From contig JAZNJG010000142.1 of the NCBI GenBank assembly GCA_045577945.1, forward strand, positions 1,516 through 65,515: DNA of 64,000 nucleotides, given 5' to 3'. The first letter of the stretch is position 1. Each line of letters opens with the position of its first letter. The position numbers and the translations under genes are program-made. The notes beneath the pieces are model-generated. The model saw only the letters and a list, made by a program, of their open reading frames with translations. It ran no database searches and was not told where the DNA came from. Shown here in pieces: positions 19,407 through 29,571 of the stretch. This stretch comes from Bacilli bacterium. Lineage in GTDB: Bacteria; Bacillota_I; Bacilli_A; ML615J-28; CAG-698.

Positions 19407-20381
19407 ATGGGAAAAATTACAACTGATAATTTACCAGATATGCAAAAAACACAAACAGGTTTTCATAAAAAAGGAATTGAAAAAGTTGGTGTAAGATGTA
19501 TCAATTCATACATTCCTATCCAAATGAAAGATGGTAGTGTTCAAAAACCGCTAGCTATTATTTCATCTTATTGTTCGTTAGATGAAAATACTAAAGGTAT
19601 TAATATGAGTCGTATTTCAAGAACTATTAATAAGGTTCTCTCTACAGAATCATCTGGGGATGGTTTTAGAGATTTAGAGAGATTTGTAAAAGAATTAAGA
19701 GACGCACATCAATCTCCTGATATTTATATTAAAGCTAAATTTCAATTATTATTAAATGATAATTCACCAATGTCTGAATTATACTCACAAGAACCAGTTA
19801 AAGTTGTTATTGAATCGCAGTATCGAAATAATGAGTATAAAACATTTTTAACAGTTGAAACAGTTGAAATGTCATTATGTCCTTGTTCAAAAACAATGTC
19901 GCTTTTGATTAATAACACTACAGAAGATGAGAGAAAAGAAATAGATAAATTACCAGAATTGCTAAAAAACAAAGTACTACAAAGTGGATATGGAGCTCAT
20001 AATCAAAAATCTTTTATTAAAGCTACTGTTGAACTTAATCCAGATACAAAAGAAGATTTATGGATTGAAGATATAAGATCAATGATTCAAAAAGCTTCTT
20101 CCTGTCCTTCTTACTCAGTATTAAAAAGAAATGATGAAAAATTTGTGACAGAAGTTTCCTATATGGGTGGTTATTTTGATGACGATAAAAACTTTAATAA
20201 AATTGAAGGTGCTGGACCTAAATTTGTAGAAGATATTATTAGAGATTTGTCGTTTGAATTAGATAATGAATTAGATAAAACAATTAAAGATTATGTCTTA
20301 GTTTGTAATAATCAAGAAAGTATCCACAGTGGAGATATTCAAGCAACTTCAATTTTATCTGCTGGTCGTAGTCTAAAATAG
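19407..20381 (+). CDS. putative GTP cyclohydrolase (FolE2/MptA-like) or another deazapurine-pathway enzyme
   Basis: co-operonic with QueE/QueD; 'EMSLCPCSK' Cys pair; family assignment not verifiable here. Confidence 0.35.
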   Translation: MGKITTDNLPDMQKTQTGFHKKGIEKVGVRCINSYIPIQMKDGSVQKPLAIISSYCSLDENTKGINMSRISRTINKVLSTESSGDGFRDLERFVKELRDAHQSPDIYIKAKFQLLLNDNSPMSELYSQEPVKVVIESQYRNNEYKTFLTVETVEMSLCPCSKTMSLLINNTTEDERKEIDKLPELLKNKVLQSGYGAHNQKSFIKATVELNPDTKEDLWIEDIRSMIQKASSCPSYSVLKRNDEKFVTEVSYMGGYFDDDKNFNKIEGAGPKFVEDIIRDLSFELDNELDKTIKDYVLVCNNQESIHSGDIQATSILSAGRSLK

Positions 20382-20408
20382 ATAACACACTACATATTAA
20401 AAGTTAAT

Positions 20409-20446
20409 AAAGAAGTATAAATTTTAGTATACTTCTTTATTTTTAT
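20409..20446 (+). terminator. terminator after the deazaguanine operon
   Basis: 11-bp stem 'aaagaagtata/tatacttcttt' + 'atttttat'. Confidence 0.6.
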
Positions 20447-20498
20447 GTTGATTTATTAACTTTTTAATATATAATATGATTAAAATATATAAAAGGAG

Positions 20499-21032
20499 TT
20501 GAATATTATGAAGATACGAAATGGTTGGGTAGGAAATAGTTCATCTAGTAGTTTCATTATAGTTGGTGGTAGTATTGATTATGATGGTCGATCCTTATCA
20601 TTTGATGAATTTGTAAAAAAATATCTAGAAGATTGTATATTTGGTAATTGGTTTGAATACGATCTACAAGAGTATGATACTCCTGTTTATTTTTGTGATG
20701 ATGATAAATTTGCAGAATATTTTATAGATGCGTATAAAGTAATATTACCTGAAAGTTGTCGAGGGAAGTATAAAAAACTCAAAGATATGATTTTAAATGT
20801 AAAGCATACTGATAAGAATTATCTTACTAAAATACAGGAGCGTGATAAAATTAAAGAAGAAATTACTAGGTATTGTAGTCAGTTACTAAAACCATTATTT
20901 CAAGATAAAGATATCAATATATATTGGGGTAGTGACGATACATATGTTGGTGATGTAAATGAAGAAAAATATGTTAGAGACTTGTATTATGATTCAAGTG
21001 CTTTTTATAAAAAAGAGTTTAATAATCATTAA
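20499..21032 (+). CDS. 'MKIRNGWVGNSSSSSF' family protein, paralog 2
   Basis: identical N-terminal 16 aa and identical 49-nt 5' DNA to paralog 1. Confidence 0.6.
   Translation: MNIMKIRNGWVGNSSSSSFIIVGGSIDYDGRSLSFDEFVKKYLEDCIFGNWFEYDLQEYDTPVYFCDDDKFAEYFIDAYKVILPESCRGKYKKLKDMILNVKHTDKNYLTKIQERDKIKEEITRYCSQLLKPLFQDKDINIYWGSDDTYVGDVNEEKYVRDLYYDSSAFYKKEFNNH
20506..20554 (+). repeat. 49-bp perfect direct repeat, copy A2 (5' end of paralog 2)
   Basis: identical to 16878..16926; the two copies bracket the QueE/QueD/FolE2-like genes. Confidence 0.85.
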
Positions 21033-21049
21033 ATTGAAAGATTGATATT

Positions 21050-22120
21050 ATGAATAAATGCGTTGTTTTTGATAATGGTAAGTTTAAGTTTCTAAGATCA
21101 CTAGTGTTTAATTATAATTTAAATAAAAGTAATGGTTATATGGAAACTTGGGGTAAAACAAGAGACGAAGATCCTGAATTTTGTCCTTTTGGACCTGTTA
21201 TTGCTGATATAGAGATAACAACAATTTGTGGTGGGGTCGATCCTAAATTTGGTCCATGTAAGTTTTGCTATAAAGCAAATACACTAAAGGGTAATAATAT
21301 GAGTTTTGAAAATTTCAAAACAATTTTCGATAAACTACCTAAAACATTAACCCAAATTGCATTTGGAACTGATGCTACTTTAACATCCAATCCAGATATT
21401 TGGAAAATTATGCAATATAGTAGAGATAATGGTGTTATGCCTAATGTGACAGTTGCTAATATTGATAAAGGTACTGCTGAAAAACTATCTAAGCTTTGTG
21501 GTGTTGTTGATGTTTCAAATTATGGTGAGATTTTTGGAAAACAATATTGTTTTGATTCTGTTAAGAATTTAACAGATACTGGAATGAAACAAGTAAATAT
21601 ACATCAATTATTATCAAGTGAGACATATCAACAATGTTTAGATCTATTGGATAGCAGAGTTAAAGATGAGCGGTTAGAGAAATTAAATGCAATTGTATTT
21701 TTATCACTAAAACAAAAGGGTAGAGGTATCAACTATCATCCTATGACTCAAGATCAATTTAACGTTATAGTTGATAAAGCATTTGAATTAGGTGTTAGTA
21801 TTGGTTTTGATTCTTGTAGTTCATTAAAAGTGTTTAATTATTTGAAGAATAAAAATGATAAGCAAGATTTAACTCAATTTATCGAGCCTTGTGAATCTTC
21901 TTTATTCTCAATGTATGTAAATGTTGAGGGTAAATATTTTCCTTGTTCATTTACAGAAGGAGAACAAGAATGGAAAGAAGGTTTAGATATTTTGAATTGT
22001 GATGATTTTATAAAAGATATTTGGTATCATGAAAAGACTAAAACTTTTAGAGCTAAATTATTAAACACACAAAAAACAAACTGTCATAATTGTAGACACT
22101 GTCCAATGTTTAAAATATAG
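21050..22120 (+). CDS. Cys-rich Fe-S (radical-SAM-like) protein candidate
   Basis: 'ITTICGGVDPKFGPCKFCY' Cys triad with extended spacing; C-terminal 'CHNCRHCPMF'. Confidence 0.3.
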   Translation: MNKCVVFDNGKFKFLRSLVFNYNLNKSNGYMETWGKTRDEDPEFCPFGPVIADIEITTICGGVDPKFGPCKFCYKANTLKGNNMSFENFKTIFDKLPKTLTQIAFGTDATLTSNPDIWKIMQYSRDNGVMPNVTVANIDKGTAEKLSKLCGVVDVSNYGEIFGKQYCFDSVKNLTDTGMKQVNIHQLLSSETYQQCLDLLDSRVKDERLEKLNAIVFLSLKQKGRGINYHPMTQDQFNVIVDKAFELGVSIGFDSCSSLKVFNYLKNKNDKQDLTQFIEPCESSLFSMYVNVEGKYFPCSFTEGEQEWKEGLDILNCDDFIKDIWYHEKTKTFRAKLLNTQKTNCHNCRHCPMFKI

Positions 22121-22188
22121 AAAGGCTATTATATGAAGAAATTTTGGAATATACATAGAGTTATGCTTGTTATATTAACAATGATTTT

Positions 22189-22260
22189 AGTATTTGCTTA
22201 GGAGAATATTATATGAAAATAAGAAACGGTTGGGTAGGAAATTCAAGCAGTAGTTCATTT
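22189..22260 (+). repeat. 72-bp perfect direct repeat, copy B1 (RBS + 5' end of paralog 3)
   Basis: identical to 31272..31343. Confidence 0.85.
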
Positions 22261-23046
22261 ATTCTATTACTAGATAATCCAGAAAATCGTGAAGAATTTG
22301 AAACATGGTTTGAAGATTGTGGTTATAGATCAAAAGATGAAAATGAAAAGATAGAAAAAATTAAATCTACAATTAATAGTGTAAAGACATTGTATAACAA
22401 TAATAGTATATCTTTTGATGATGCAAATACTATTATTGATAGTATGAGAGATACTATTAAAGATATTCCAGGAGTTTTTCTATTTAATAATTCAATAGAT
22501 AATTGTCTGCTGATAGAAAATAATATATATTATAGTGAATTTACATGTGAAAAGGTTATGGATCTTTTATGGGATGCCTGGAATAAACAAGGTATAGCTA
22601 ATTGTAGTGAATCTGAATTTTGTAAAGAAGATAATATTCGAGTATTTAATAAAATAGAAGATTGGAAAGAGCAATTAGATGATAAGAATTCATACTTATA
22701 TCAAACAATTCAAGAAGAAGTTGAAAGAGGATTACGGGATAATTTAGATTATAAGATTAATGGAGATAATATAAATCTAAAATATCGCGAATATCATTGT
22801 TTTGATGACACTATATCAGTGTATGATATAAGTGATAGTAAATCATATAGAGATTTTATCGATATGCTAACACAGCAAAAAATCGACTACATTCGTGGTG
22901 TGTTACTAGATGATTATAAGAATCTTAATTGTTATGTAATTACTTTCTGTTCAGATGATGGTGAATCAACAGATTTTGACTACATAGGAAGATCAGGATA
23001 TATATTCAGAGACACTCTTTTCTGTATTCGTAATGAAAATAGTTAA
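22213..23046 (+). CDS. 'MKIRNGWVGNSSSSSF' family protein, paralog 3
   Basis: 72-nt 5' region identical to the paralog at 31293. Confidence 0.6.
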   Translation: MKIRNGWVGNSSSSSFILLLDNPENREEFETWFEDCGYRSKDENEKIEKIKSTINSVKTLYNNNSISFDDANTIIDSMRDTIKDIPGVFLFNNSIDNCLLIENNIYYSEFTCEKVMDLLWDAWNKQGIANCSESEFCKEDNIRVFNKIEDWKEQLDDKNSYLYQTIQEEVERGLRDNLDYKINGDNINLKYREYHCFDDTISVYDISDSKSYRDFIDMLTQQKIDYIRGVLLDDYKNLNCYVITFCSDDGESTDFDYIGRSGYIFRDTLFCIRNENS

Positions 23047-23054
23047 TTTTTCTC

Positions 23055-23083
23055 TTGATTATATATGAAAATTATTATATAAT
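23055..23083 (+). promoter_or_regulatory. early sigma70-like promoter
   Basis: TTGATT-17-TATAAT. Confidence 0.55.
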
Positions 23084-23133
23084 AAATTTATAAAATGATG
23101 ATATTGTGTTAATTTAACTGAAAGGAAGCAAAT

Positions 23134-23628
23134 ATGAAAAAATGCACAAAATGTGGTCGAGTTTTAGATGAATCTCATTTTTCTAAACAAGCTAGAGGAA
23201 AAAATCATTTAAGACCGTGGTGTAAAGATTGTTGTAATGAATATGCTAAAGAGTATACACGTAAAAAGAAAATTGCAATGGGTGAAAGAAATATTAGCCG
23301 AGTTATTACTAATAATATGGTTGATGATATTTTTAACGTTAAAAATCTTAAAGATATCCCTACTAAAATTAAAAAATCTTTAAAATTACCTAAAAAACTT
23401 TTAGAAGATAATATAAGCAACCATACAATTAGATCAAATATCACTAATGTTTTAAGAAGATCACAGAGTGTAGTTCATATTAGTCAAATTCAAGTAGCAT
23501 ATTACAGAATGTTCGGCGAATTAATCAAGAGTAGAGCTCTTTCACTTCATCTAAATCATATGAAGAAAAAAGATTCAAATTTAATGAATGTATCGAAAGG
23601 GTACTACTCTTATAAAAGAGAGGAGTAA
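23134..23628 (+). CDS. zinc-ribbon protein (164 aa)
   Basis: 'CTKCGRVL...RPWCKDCCNEY'; preceded by an early promoter. Confidence 0.4.
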   Translation: MKKCTKCGRVLDESHFSKQARGKNHLRPWCKDCCNEYAKEYTRKKKIAMGERNISRVITNNMVDDIFNVKNLKDIPTKIKKSLKLPKKLLEDNISNHTIRSNITNVLRRSQSVVHISQIQVAYYRMFGELIKSRALSLHLNHMKKKDSNLMNVSKGYYSYKREE

Positions 23629-23631
23629 ATA

Positions 23632-23931
23632 ATGAAAAATAATATTATACAGTGTATTTCCCTTGATTATAGATTTAATATCATTAAATTTATAAATGAA
23701 AAAGGTGAAGTTGCAGTTAATGATATTATTAATGAGTTTTCTCATTTTAATATTAAACAATCTGTTGTTTCACAAACACTAAGAATATTTCGTGAGAATG
23801 GCTTAGTTGATTATAAAGGGGATAAGCAAAAGCATATCTATTATATTAAAAATAAATATGTTTCTGATCTTATTAAAATTGTTGAATTAGTAATGAATGG
23901 AGATAAATTAGAAAATGTGTCTGCTGAGTGA
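23632..23931 (+). CDS. small winged-helix-like DNA-binding protein
   Basis: 'VVSQTLRIFRENGLVDY' is wHTH-like. Confidence 0.35.
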   Translation: MKNNIIQCISLDYRFNIIKFINEKGEVAVNDIINEFSHFNIKQSVVSQTLRIFRENGLVDYKGDKQKHIYYIKNKYVSDLIKIVELVMNGDKLENVSAE

Positions 23932-24142
23932 AATCGGGAAAAATAGTACATGGGTAAAACCAGAAAGAATGTTAGTAATTCAAAGAAAGAACGTTTCATA
24001 TAATTCGTTTTGGAATGAAAGTAAACATAAATGGGGTGGTTTACTAGATGCAACAATTTATAGTGATGACACTACACTCCCAACTTTTCAAGATGTTGAG
24101 TATAGTGTTGTTGATTATCGCGAGCTAACAAATATAAAATAA
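23915..24142 (+). CDS. hypothetical protein (75 aa)
   Basis: ORF overlapping the previous gene's end. Confidence 0.3.
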   Translation: MCLLSEIGKNSTWVKPERMLVIQRKNVSYNSFWNESKHKWGGLLDATIYSDDTTLPTFQDVEYSVVDYRELTNIK

Positions 24143-24226
24143 AAACTACATTCTAACTTGAAAGATAAAAATAAACATTTATTATAAAAATAAATGTTTA
24201 TTTTTTTACAATAAAGGAATAAAATA

Positions 24227-24769
24227 TTGTCAGTATACTTTACTAGTGATTGCCATTTTTCTCACCGCAATGTAATTACATTTTGTAACAGACCATATGA
24301 AGATATCAATCATATGAATAAATGTTTAATAGAGAATTGGAATAGTGTTGTTACAAATAATGATGATATTTACTGTCTTGGTGATTTTGCGTGGAATTTT
24401 TCACCATCACAATTAAGTGAGATTATGAAGCAGTTGAATGGTCATAAACATTTAATATCTGGTAATCATGATAAACAGAAGATGCATATTAAATCGCAAT
24501 TATGGGAAAGTGTTGAATATTATAAACATCTTAAAATTGATAAAAAGAGAATTATTCTGTGTCATTATCCAATATTTGATTTCGATTGTGCTTATCATAA
24601 ATCAATTCATTTATACGGTCATATACATAAGCAACAGGATTTTGATGAAATAAGTAAAATACATCGAAATAAAGGATTTTATTCATATTGTGTTGGTGTT
24701 GATTTTAACAATTATACACCTATTAAATTTGAAGATATACTAGAAAAGATCGAATATAGTGAGGAGTAA
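24227..24769 (+). CDS. calcineurin-like metallophosphoesterase
   Basis: 'TSDCHFSH', 'GDFAWN', 'GNHD', 'GHIH' metallophosphatase motifs; TTG start. Confidence 0.7.
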   Translation: MSVYFTSDCHFSHRNVITFCNRPYEDINHMNKCLIENWNSVVTNNDDIYCLGDFAWNFSPSQLSEIMKQLNGHKHLISGNHDKQKMHIKSQLWESVEYYKHLKIDKKRIILCHYPIFDFDCAYHKSIHLYGHIHKQQDFDEISKIHRNKGFYSYCVGVDFNNYTPIKFEDILEKIEYSEE

Positions 24770-24774
24770 ATTTT

Positions 24775-25353
24775 ATGAAGAAGATACTACTTCTACAAAA
24801 AGATAAGTTAGAAAAATATAAAATAGATAACATATATAATGATATTTTATATATTGGTGAAGAAAAATATTCACTATATAAAATAAACAATAATAATTAT
24901 GATTTATATGTATTTACGTATGATAATGAAGATGATAAAAATTTATTATATAGCAATATAATTGATCATGTTACAAATCATAGTCTAGATAAAGATGTAA
25001 TAATATATGATAAACCAGAGGATGTAGTATTCGATAATGATTTTTATTTTGTTTTAAGTGTAGGTAGTGGTGAATATGAAGATTACTATGAAAGAGCAAT
25101 TGGTATTTTTAAAACAAGGTATAAAGCAGAACAATACTATAAAGAACATTGCGAGATAACATTAGAAAGTATTAAAAAACAAAATGAAGAGTATTATAAA
25201 TACGAAGAAAACGAACCTATTTTTGAAGATTATAATAGTGTAGAAGATTATAACAGCGCATATACTCAGTATTGGTCAGATAAAGTTTGTGAATATATAC
25301 CAGAAGATAGTGCAACTTGTTGTCGAATTAATAAGTTAAAAATTATTGACTAA
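24775..25353 (+). CDS. hypothetical protein (192 aa)
   Basis: ORF. Confidence 0.4.
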   Translation: MKKILLLQKDKLEKYKIDNIYNDILYIGEEKYSLYKINNNNYDLYVFTYDNEDDKNLLYSNIIDHVTNHSLDKDVIIYDKPEDVVFDNDFYFVLSVGSGEYEDYYERAIGIFKTRYKAEQYYKEHCEITLESIKKQNEEYYKYEENEPIFEDYNSVEDYNSAYTQYWSDKVCEYIPEDSATCCRINKLKIID

Positions 25354-25490
25354 CCATAAATGTTTCTGAAAAATTATAAAAATTTATAAAACAAATTCAA
25401 TTTTTATATAAATTTATATTAAATTGTAAGTTTTTATATAAGAAAACATAAATAATTACATATATTAATACTTTATAATATGGTAGTATA

Positions 25491-25778
25491 ATGAAAGCAA
25501 AATATAAAATAGGTGATGAGATCTTTATAAATAACCCAACAGGTGATAAAATTAGTAAATCTGTAGAAGGTATAGCATATACAAAAGACAAGATTTACTA
25601 CTTAACAGATGCTATTGATTTAGCAATTTTAGGTTATGAAGAAGATGAAATTTGTCTAAATGAAAGAGCTCAAGCTAAAAAGGATATACAGAATAATATA
25701 GAAAAATTAAGTGATATGATTTTTGATGAAAAAATCAAGTTATATATGCTTGAAACTCAAGATAATTTTACAATATAA
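25491..25778 (+). CDS. hypothetical protein (95 aa)
   Basis: ORF. Confidence 0.35.
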   Translation: MKAKYKIGDEIFINNPTGDKISKSVEGIAYTKDKIYYLTDAIDLAILGYEEDEICLNERAQAKKDIQNNIEKLSDMIFDEKIKLYMLETQDNFTI

Positions 25779-25877
25779 AAATAATTCTGAATAACTTCAT
25801 AAAATTAATTGTTTATTCATAATTTAATATTATATTTATTAATGTAAAGCAGTTAATTTTATTAAGGAGTTTATATT

Positions 25878-26117
25878 ATGAGTAGTATTGTAGATATTCG
25901 TTATTGTAAAGATAATGGTGGTTATTATATGGTTTTAGGTAGCGCTGAAAATGTCCAAAAAGGCGCATATAGAGTATTATGGGACTGTGGTTTAAGATCT
26001 CATGATTTTAAAGAAGATATAATTAAAGATCGTCTTGTTAAAAGATTAACAGTTAATATAGGTCGTGAAAAAAATCGTTGGGATAAATTAATATCAATTA
26101 TAAATGCATATAAATAA
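25878..26117 (+). CDS. hypothetical protein (79 aa)
   Basis: ORF with RBS 'aaggag'. Confidence 0.4.
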   Translation: MSSIVDIRYCKDNGGYYMVLGSAENVQKGAYRVLWDCGLRSHDFKEDIIKDRLVKRLTVNIGREKNRWDKLISIINAYK

Positions 26118-26145
26118 AGAAGTGATATAAAAACAATAGAGGAAT

Positions 26146-26925
26146 TTATAATTCCTCTATTGTTATATTTGTAATAACTTCATGGTCATCGTATTTTTCA
26201 GCTGTTTCTGGTTCGATATGGACACTGATTTTCTCGATAAAAGTATTTGCCTCATCATCAGTCATTTGAATATTCATATTCTTAATTGTTTTGCCTGAAT
26301 AAGATGGTCCGTATAAATAACCATACACTTTAAAAGAAAGATTTCTTGTTAATCTGCGACTTGTTTCATCATAAACACCTTCAAATTCATCAACCTTATC
26401 CATTCCTTCCCATGTTACTTTATATTCAGTATTATTAGATAAAAAATCGATATCATTTATATAGAATGAAAATGAAGGTGTAAAATAGGGTAAAATTTGC
26501 TCAATTAGTTGAAACAAATCGTTATTTCGAGTTGCGGTCATCCTAACATCAAAATTAAAAATTACTGGTATTCTATTTTTTATATACTTAACTTGTGAAT
26601 CTATACCCTGACATCTAATTGTATTTGATGAATTTAATAATCTTGATGAATCAGGTTCAATATTAGTTAAGTAATATGAAAGAATAGGAGATTCCATTTT
26701 AACCATAGCTTTATATAGATCAGGATTATCTTGCTGAACTACATTAGGATTTTTGATAATTGCATACCATTTTTCCTTATTAGAATATATTAAGGGTACA
26801 TTAATAATCTTTTTTGGTTTACCCTTAATATCTCTCGTAATTTTAAGCTCACTAAATATATAACCAAAAGAAGCAGTTACTTTTTTAATTATATCAGGAA
26901 AAAAATATTCTGTTGCGATAGGCAT
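26146..26925 (-). CDS. hypothetical protein (259 aa), isolated minus-strand gene
   Basis: long ORF. Confidence 0.45.
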   Translation of the reverse strand: MPIATEYFFPDIIKKVTASFGYIFSELKITRDIKGKPKKIINVPLIYSNKEKWYAIIKNPNVVQQDNPDLYKAMVKMESPILSYYLTNIEPDSSRLLNSSNTIRCQGIDSQVKYIKNRIPVIFNFDVRMTATRNNDLFQLIEQILPYFTPSFSFYINDIDFLSNNTEYKVTWEGMDKVDEFEGVYDETSRRLTRNLSFKVYGYLYGPSYSGKTIKNMNIQMTDDEANTFIEKISVHIEPETAEKYDDHEVITNITIEEL

Positions 26926-27037
26926 TCTGTATTGATTCTCGTTAAATAAAACTATATAAATATTTATAGGTAAAATGCTGCATAAAGGTTTTACCTATTA
27001 TAAAATAAACTAATTTGCTGAAAAGGAATTAAAAAAG

Positions 27038-27508
27038 ATGTCAAATTTAAATAGACTTTTAGATAATACTATGCTCGCTTTTTTAGGAGGTAATGGTATT
27101 TTTGATGAATTAAATTTTTCGAAAAATATTGAAAATAGATTTACAAGTGTAAACTACCCACCTTGCGATATTAAAAAAATAGAATATAAAAATGATATAT
27201 GTGGTTATATTATTGAGTTAGCACTAGCTGGGTTTAAAAAAGAAGATATTAATGTAAGTGAATTTGAAGAAAGAGGTATCAGATATCTTCATATTGATAA
27301 TAATATTTCAAAAGAATCTACACCAGAAGATAGTGAATATAATACCACATATATTAAAAAATCAATTTCAAGAAAACAATTTTCTTTAGATTTTCAAATT
27401 TCAAATGAATTAGAAATCGCAGATGCTAAAATGGAGAATGGATTACTATCTATTAAATTAGATGTGATGAACACATCTTCTTCATCAAAACGCATTGAAA
27501 TAAAATAA
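27038..27508 (+). CDS. small heat-shock protein (Hsp20/alpha-crystallin family)
   Basis: alpha-crystallin-domain-like 'IIELALAGFKKEDINVSEFEERGIRYLHID...FSLDFQISNELEIADAKMENGLLSIKL'. Confidence 0.6.
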   Translation: MSNLNRLLDNTMLAFLGGNGIFDELNFSKNIENRFTSVNYPPCDIKKIEYKNDICGYIIELALAGFKKEDINVSEFEERGIRYLHIDNNISKESTPEDSEYNTTYIKKSISRKQFSLDFQISNELEIADAKMENGLLSIKLDVMNTSSSSKRIEIK

Positions 27509-27519
27509 TCATTATAATA

Positions 27520-27566
27520 AAATAGAGTTATAGTTAAAATATACACTATAACTCTATTTTTAATTT
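27520..27566 (+). terminator. terminator after the Hsp20 gene
   Basis: 15-bp stem 'aaatagagttatagt/actataactctattt' + T-run. Confidence 0.6.
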
Positions 27567-27583
27567 ATATAAAGGAAATTATA

Positions 27584-27832
27584 ATGTTGTATCGTGTTAT
27601 TGGTAAAAGATTACTACTTGAACAGCAAGAAGATGATTCAAAAGGTTTAATTTATAATCAAGATTTACAAGCATATAAAGTATTAGATAAGGGAAAAGAA
27701 GTCGAAGAAATCAATATTGGTGATATTATTATTGCTAATAAACAAAACGTTATCACAACTAAATTTAAGCAAGATACAATTAAAGTTATTAGTGTTGATA
27801 ATGTTGTGTGTTATATATCGCAAGGAGAATAA
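27584..27832 (+). CDS. GroES-like co-chaperonin
   Basis: 82 aa immediately upstream of GroEL; 'YRVIGKRLLLEQQEDDSKGLIY' fits the GroES mobile-loop region pattern. Confidence 0.45.
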   Translation: MLYRVIGKRLLLEQQEDDSKGLIYNQDLQAYKVLDKGKEVEEINIGDIIIANKQNVITTKFKQDTIKVISVDNVVCYISQGE

Positions 27833-27835
27833 GTA

Positions 27836-29467
27836 ATGGTTGAATTAGTTGATATAGAGAAAGGAAAAGAAGCTAGAGAATTAATTCTTAATGGGGTTAA
27901 AAAACTAGTCGATTCAGTTTCTTGTACTATGGGAGCTGCTGGAAGAAACGTCTTAATTGAAAAACCATTTGCTAAACCTATTCTCACTAAAGATGGTGTT
28001 TCTGTTGCAAAACCTATATATTTAGAGAATAAATTTGAAAATATGGGTGCCCAGCTTGTAAAAGAGGTCGCTCAAAAAACAGTTGATGAAGTTGGTGACG
28101 GAACTACAACAGCAACAGTTTTAACAGGTGCTCTATATGAAAATTCTATTGAATATTGTAATAAAGGATTCAATCCTGTTAAAATTAAACGTGGTATTGA
28201 GAGTTATAAACATGAATTAATTTCTTATTTAGAAGAAAATAAAAAAACTATTAACAGTAGAGAAGATATTTTTAATGTTGCTAATATATCTGCAAATGGA
28301 GATAATGAAATTGCAGATGTAATTACAGAAGCAATCGATATTACAGGTGTTGATGGTGTTGTCACAGTTGAAAATTCATCTACTACTTTAACCAATATAG
28401 AATATACAGAAGGTTTGCAGTTTGATTGTGGGTATGTATCACCATACTTTATCAATAATCAAAAGAAACTTAATTTTGAAGCAGAAAATTGTTACTTGTT
28501 AATAATTTCTGGTCATGTATATACTTTTGATGAATTGGCGGACCCATTAACACTTGCACTACAAAATAATAAACCTATTGTAATCATTGCAAATGATTTT
28601 AGTCAAGATGTTATTAATACTTTAGTTAAGAATAGATTGCAACAAAATCTTAAAGTGTGCGCAGTAAGATTACCATATTATGGTGAAGAAAGAGAAGAAT
28701 TTGCTGAAGATTTATCAATTGCACTCAGTTGTCCATATTTAAATACTAATATGAAAGAAACTATTCGTGATAATAGTTTATCTAAGTTAACAGATGGAGA
28801 TAATAATTATATTTTAATTGATAAAATTACTGTTGATAAAAACACTATTACTTTCATTAATGAAAATAAAAATCAAGCTGATTTAGATAATCGAATTGAA
28901 TATATTAAATCAAAATTAAATAATTCTAAATCACCTGTTGAACAAAATACATTAAGAGATCGATTGTCTAAATTAACCGGATCAGTTGCTATTATTAAAG
29001 TCGGTGGTGCTTCTGAAATTGAAGTTCAAGAAAAGAAAGATCGAATTGATGATGCACTACATGCAACTAAAGCATCTATTAAAGAAGGTGTAGTTATTGG
29101 TGGTGGTATGGCTTTATTGAAAGCTGTAAATAGATTAGTTAAAAATCATAGAGATGAAACGGATAGAGAGAAAATAGTAGCAATGGATATTTTAAAGAAA
29201 TCTTTAATTAAACCAGCAACAACTATTTTATCAAATGCAGGTTATGATAGTGATTTATTATTTGATAATGAGATTATTGAAAATAATAATATTGGTTATG
29301 ATGTATCTAATAGCGTTATTCAGAAAGTTGATATGTTTGAGCAAGGTATTATAGATCCTATATTGGTTACAAAAACAGCTCTTTCTAATTCAATTTCTGT
29401 TGCTGGTTTATTAATGACAACAGAAACAGCTATTGCATTAAAAAATCAAGAAAACGATATTGTATAG
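27836..29467 (+). CDS. groEL: GroEL-type chaperonin (Hsp60)
   Basis: 'AAGRNVLIEKPFAKPILTKDGVSVAK', 'GDGTTTATVL', 'IIKVGGASEIEVQEKKDRIDDALHAT'. Confidence 0.9.
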   Translation: MVELVDIEKGKEARELILNGVKKLVDSVSCTMGAAGRNVLIEKPFAKPILTKDGVSVAKPIYLENKFENMGAQLVKEVAQKTVDEVGDGTTTATVLTGALYENSIEYCNKGFNPVKIKRGIESYKHELISYLEENKKTINSREDIFNVANISANGDNEIADVITEAIDITGVDGVVTVENSSTTLTNIEYTEGLQFDCGYVSPYFINNQKKLNFEAENCYLLIISGHVYTFDELADPLTLALQNNKPIVIIANDFSQDVINTLVKNRLQQNLKVCAVRLPYYGEEREEFAEDLSIALSCPYLNTNMKETIRDNSLSKLTDGDNNYILIDKITVDKNTITFINENKNQADLDNRIEYIKSKLNNSKSPVEQNTLRDRLSKLTGSVAIIKVGGASEIEVQEKKDRIDDALHATKASIKEGVVIGGGMALLKAVNRLVKNHRDETDREKIVAMDILKKSLIKPATTILSNAGYDSDLLFDNEIIENNNIGYDVSNSVIQKVDMFEQGIIDPILVTKTALSNSISVAGLLMTTETAIALKNQENDIV

Positions 29468-29494
29468 ATTTTTAATAGTAATGTAAATTATACT

Positions 29495-29532
29495 AAAACA
29501 CTGAAGTTTTTGTACTTCAGTGTTTTTTATGA
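29495..29532 (+). terminator. terminator after groEL
   Basis: 13-bp stem 'aaaacactgaagt/acttcagtgtttt' + 'ttat'. Confidence 0.65.
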
Positions 29533-29571
29533 ATAAATAATTATAAGATAGAATTATAAGTAGGTATAAGT

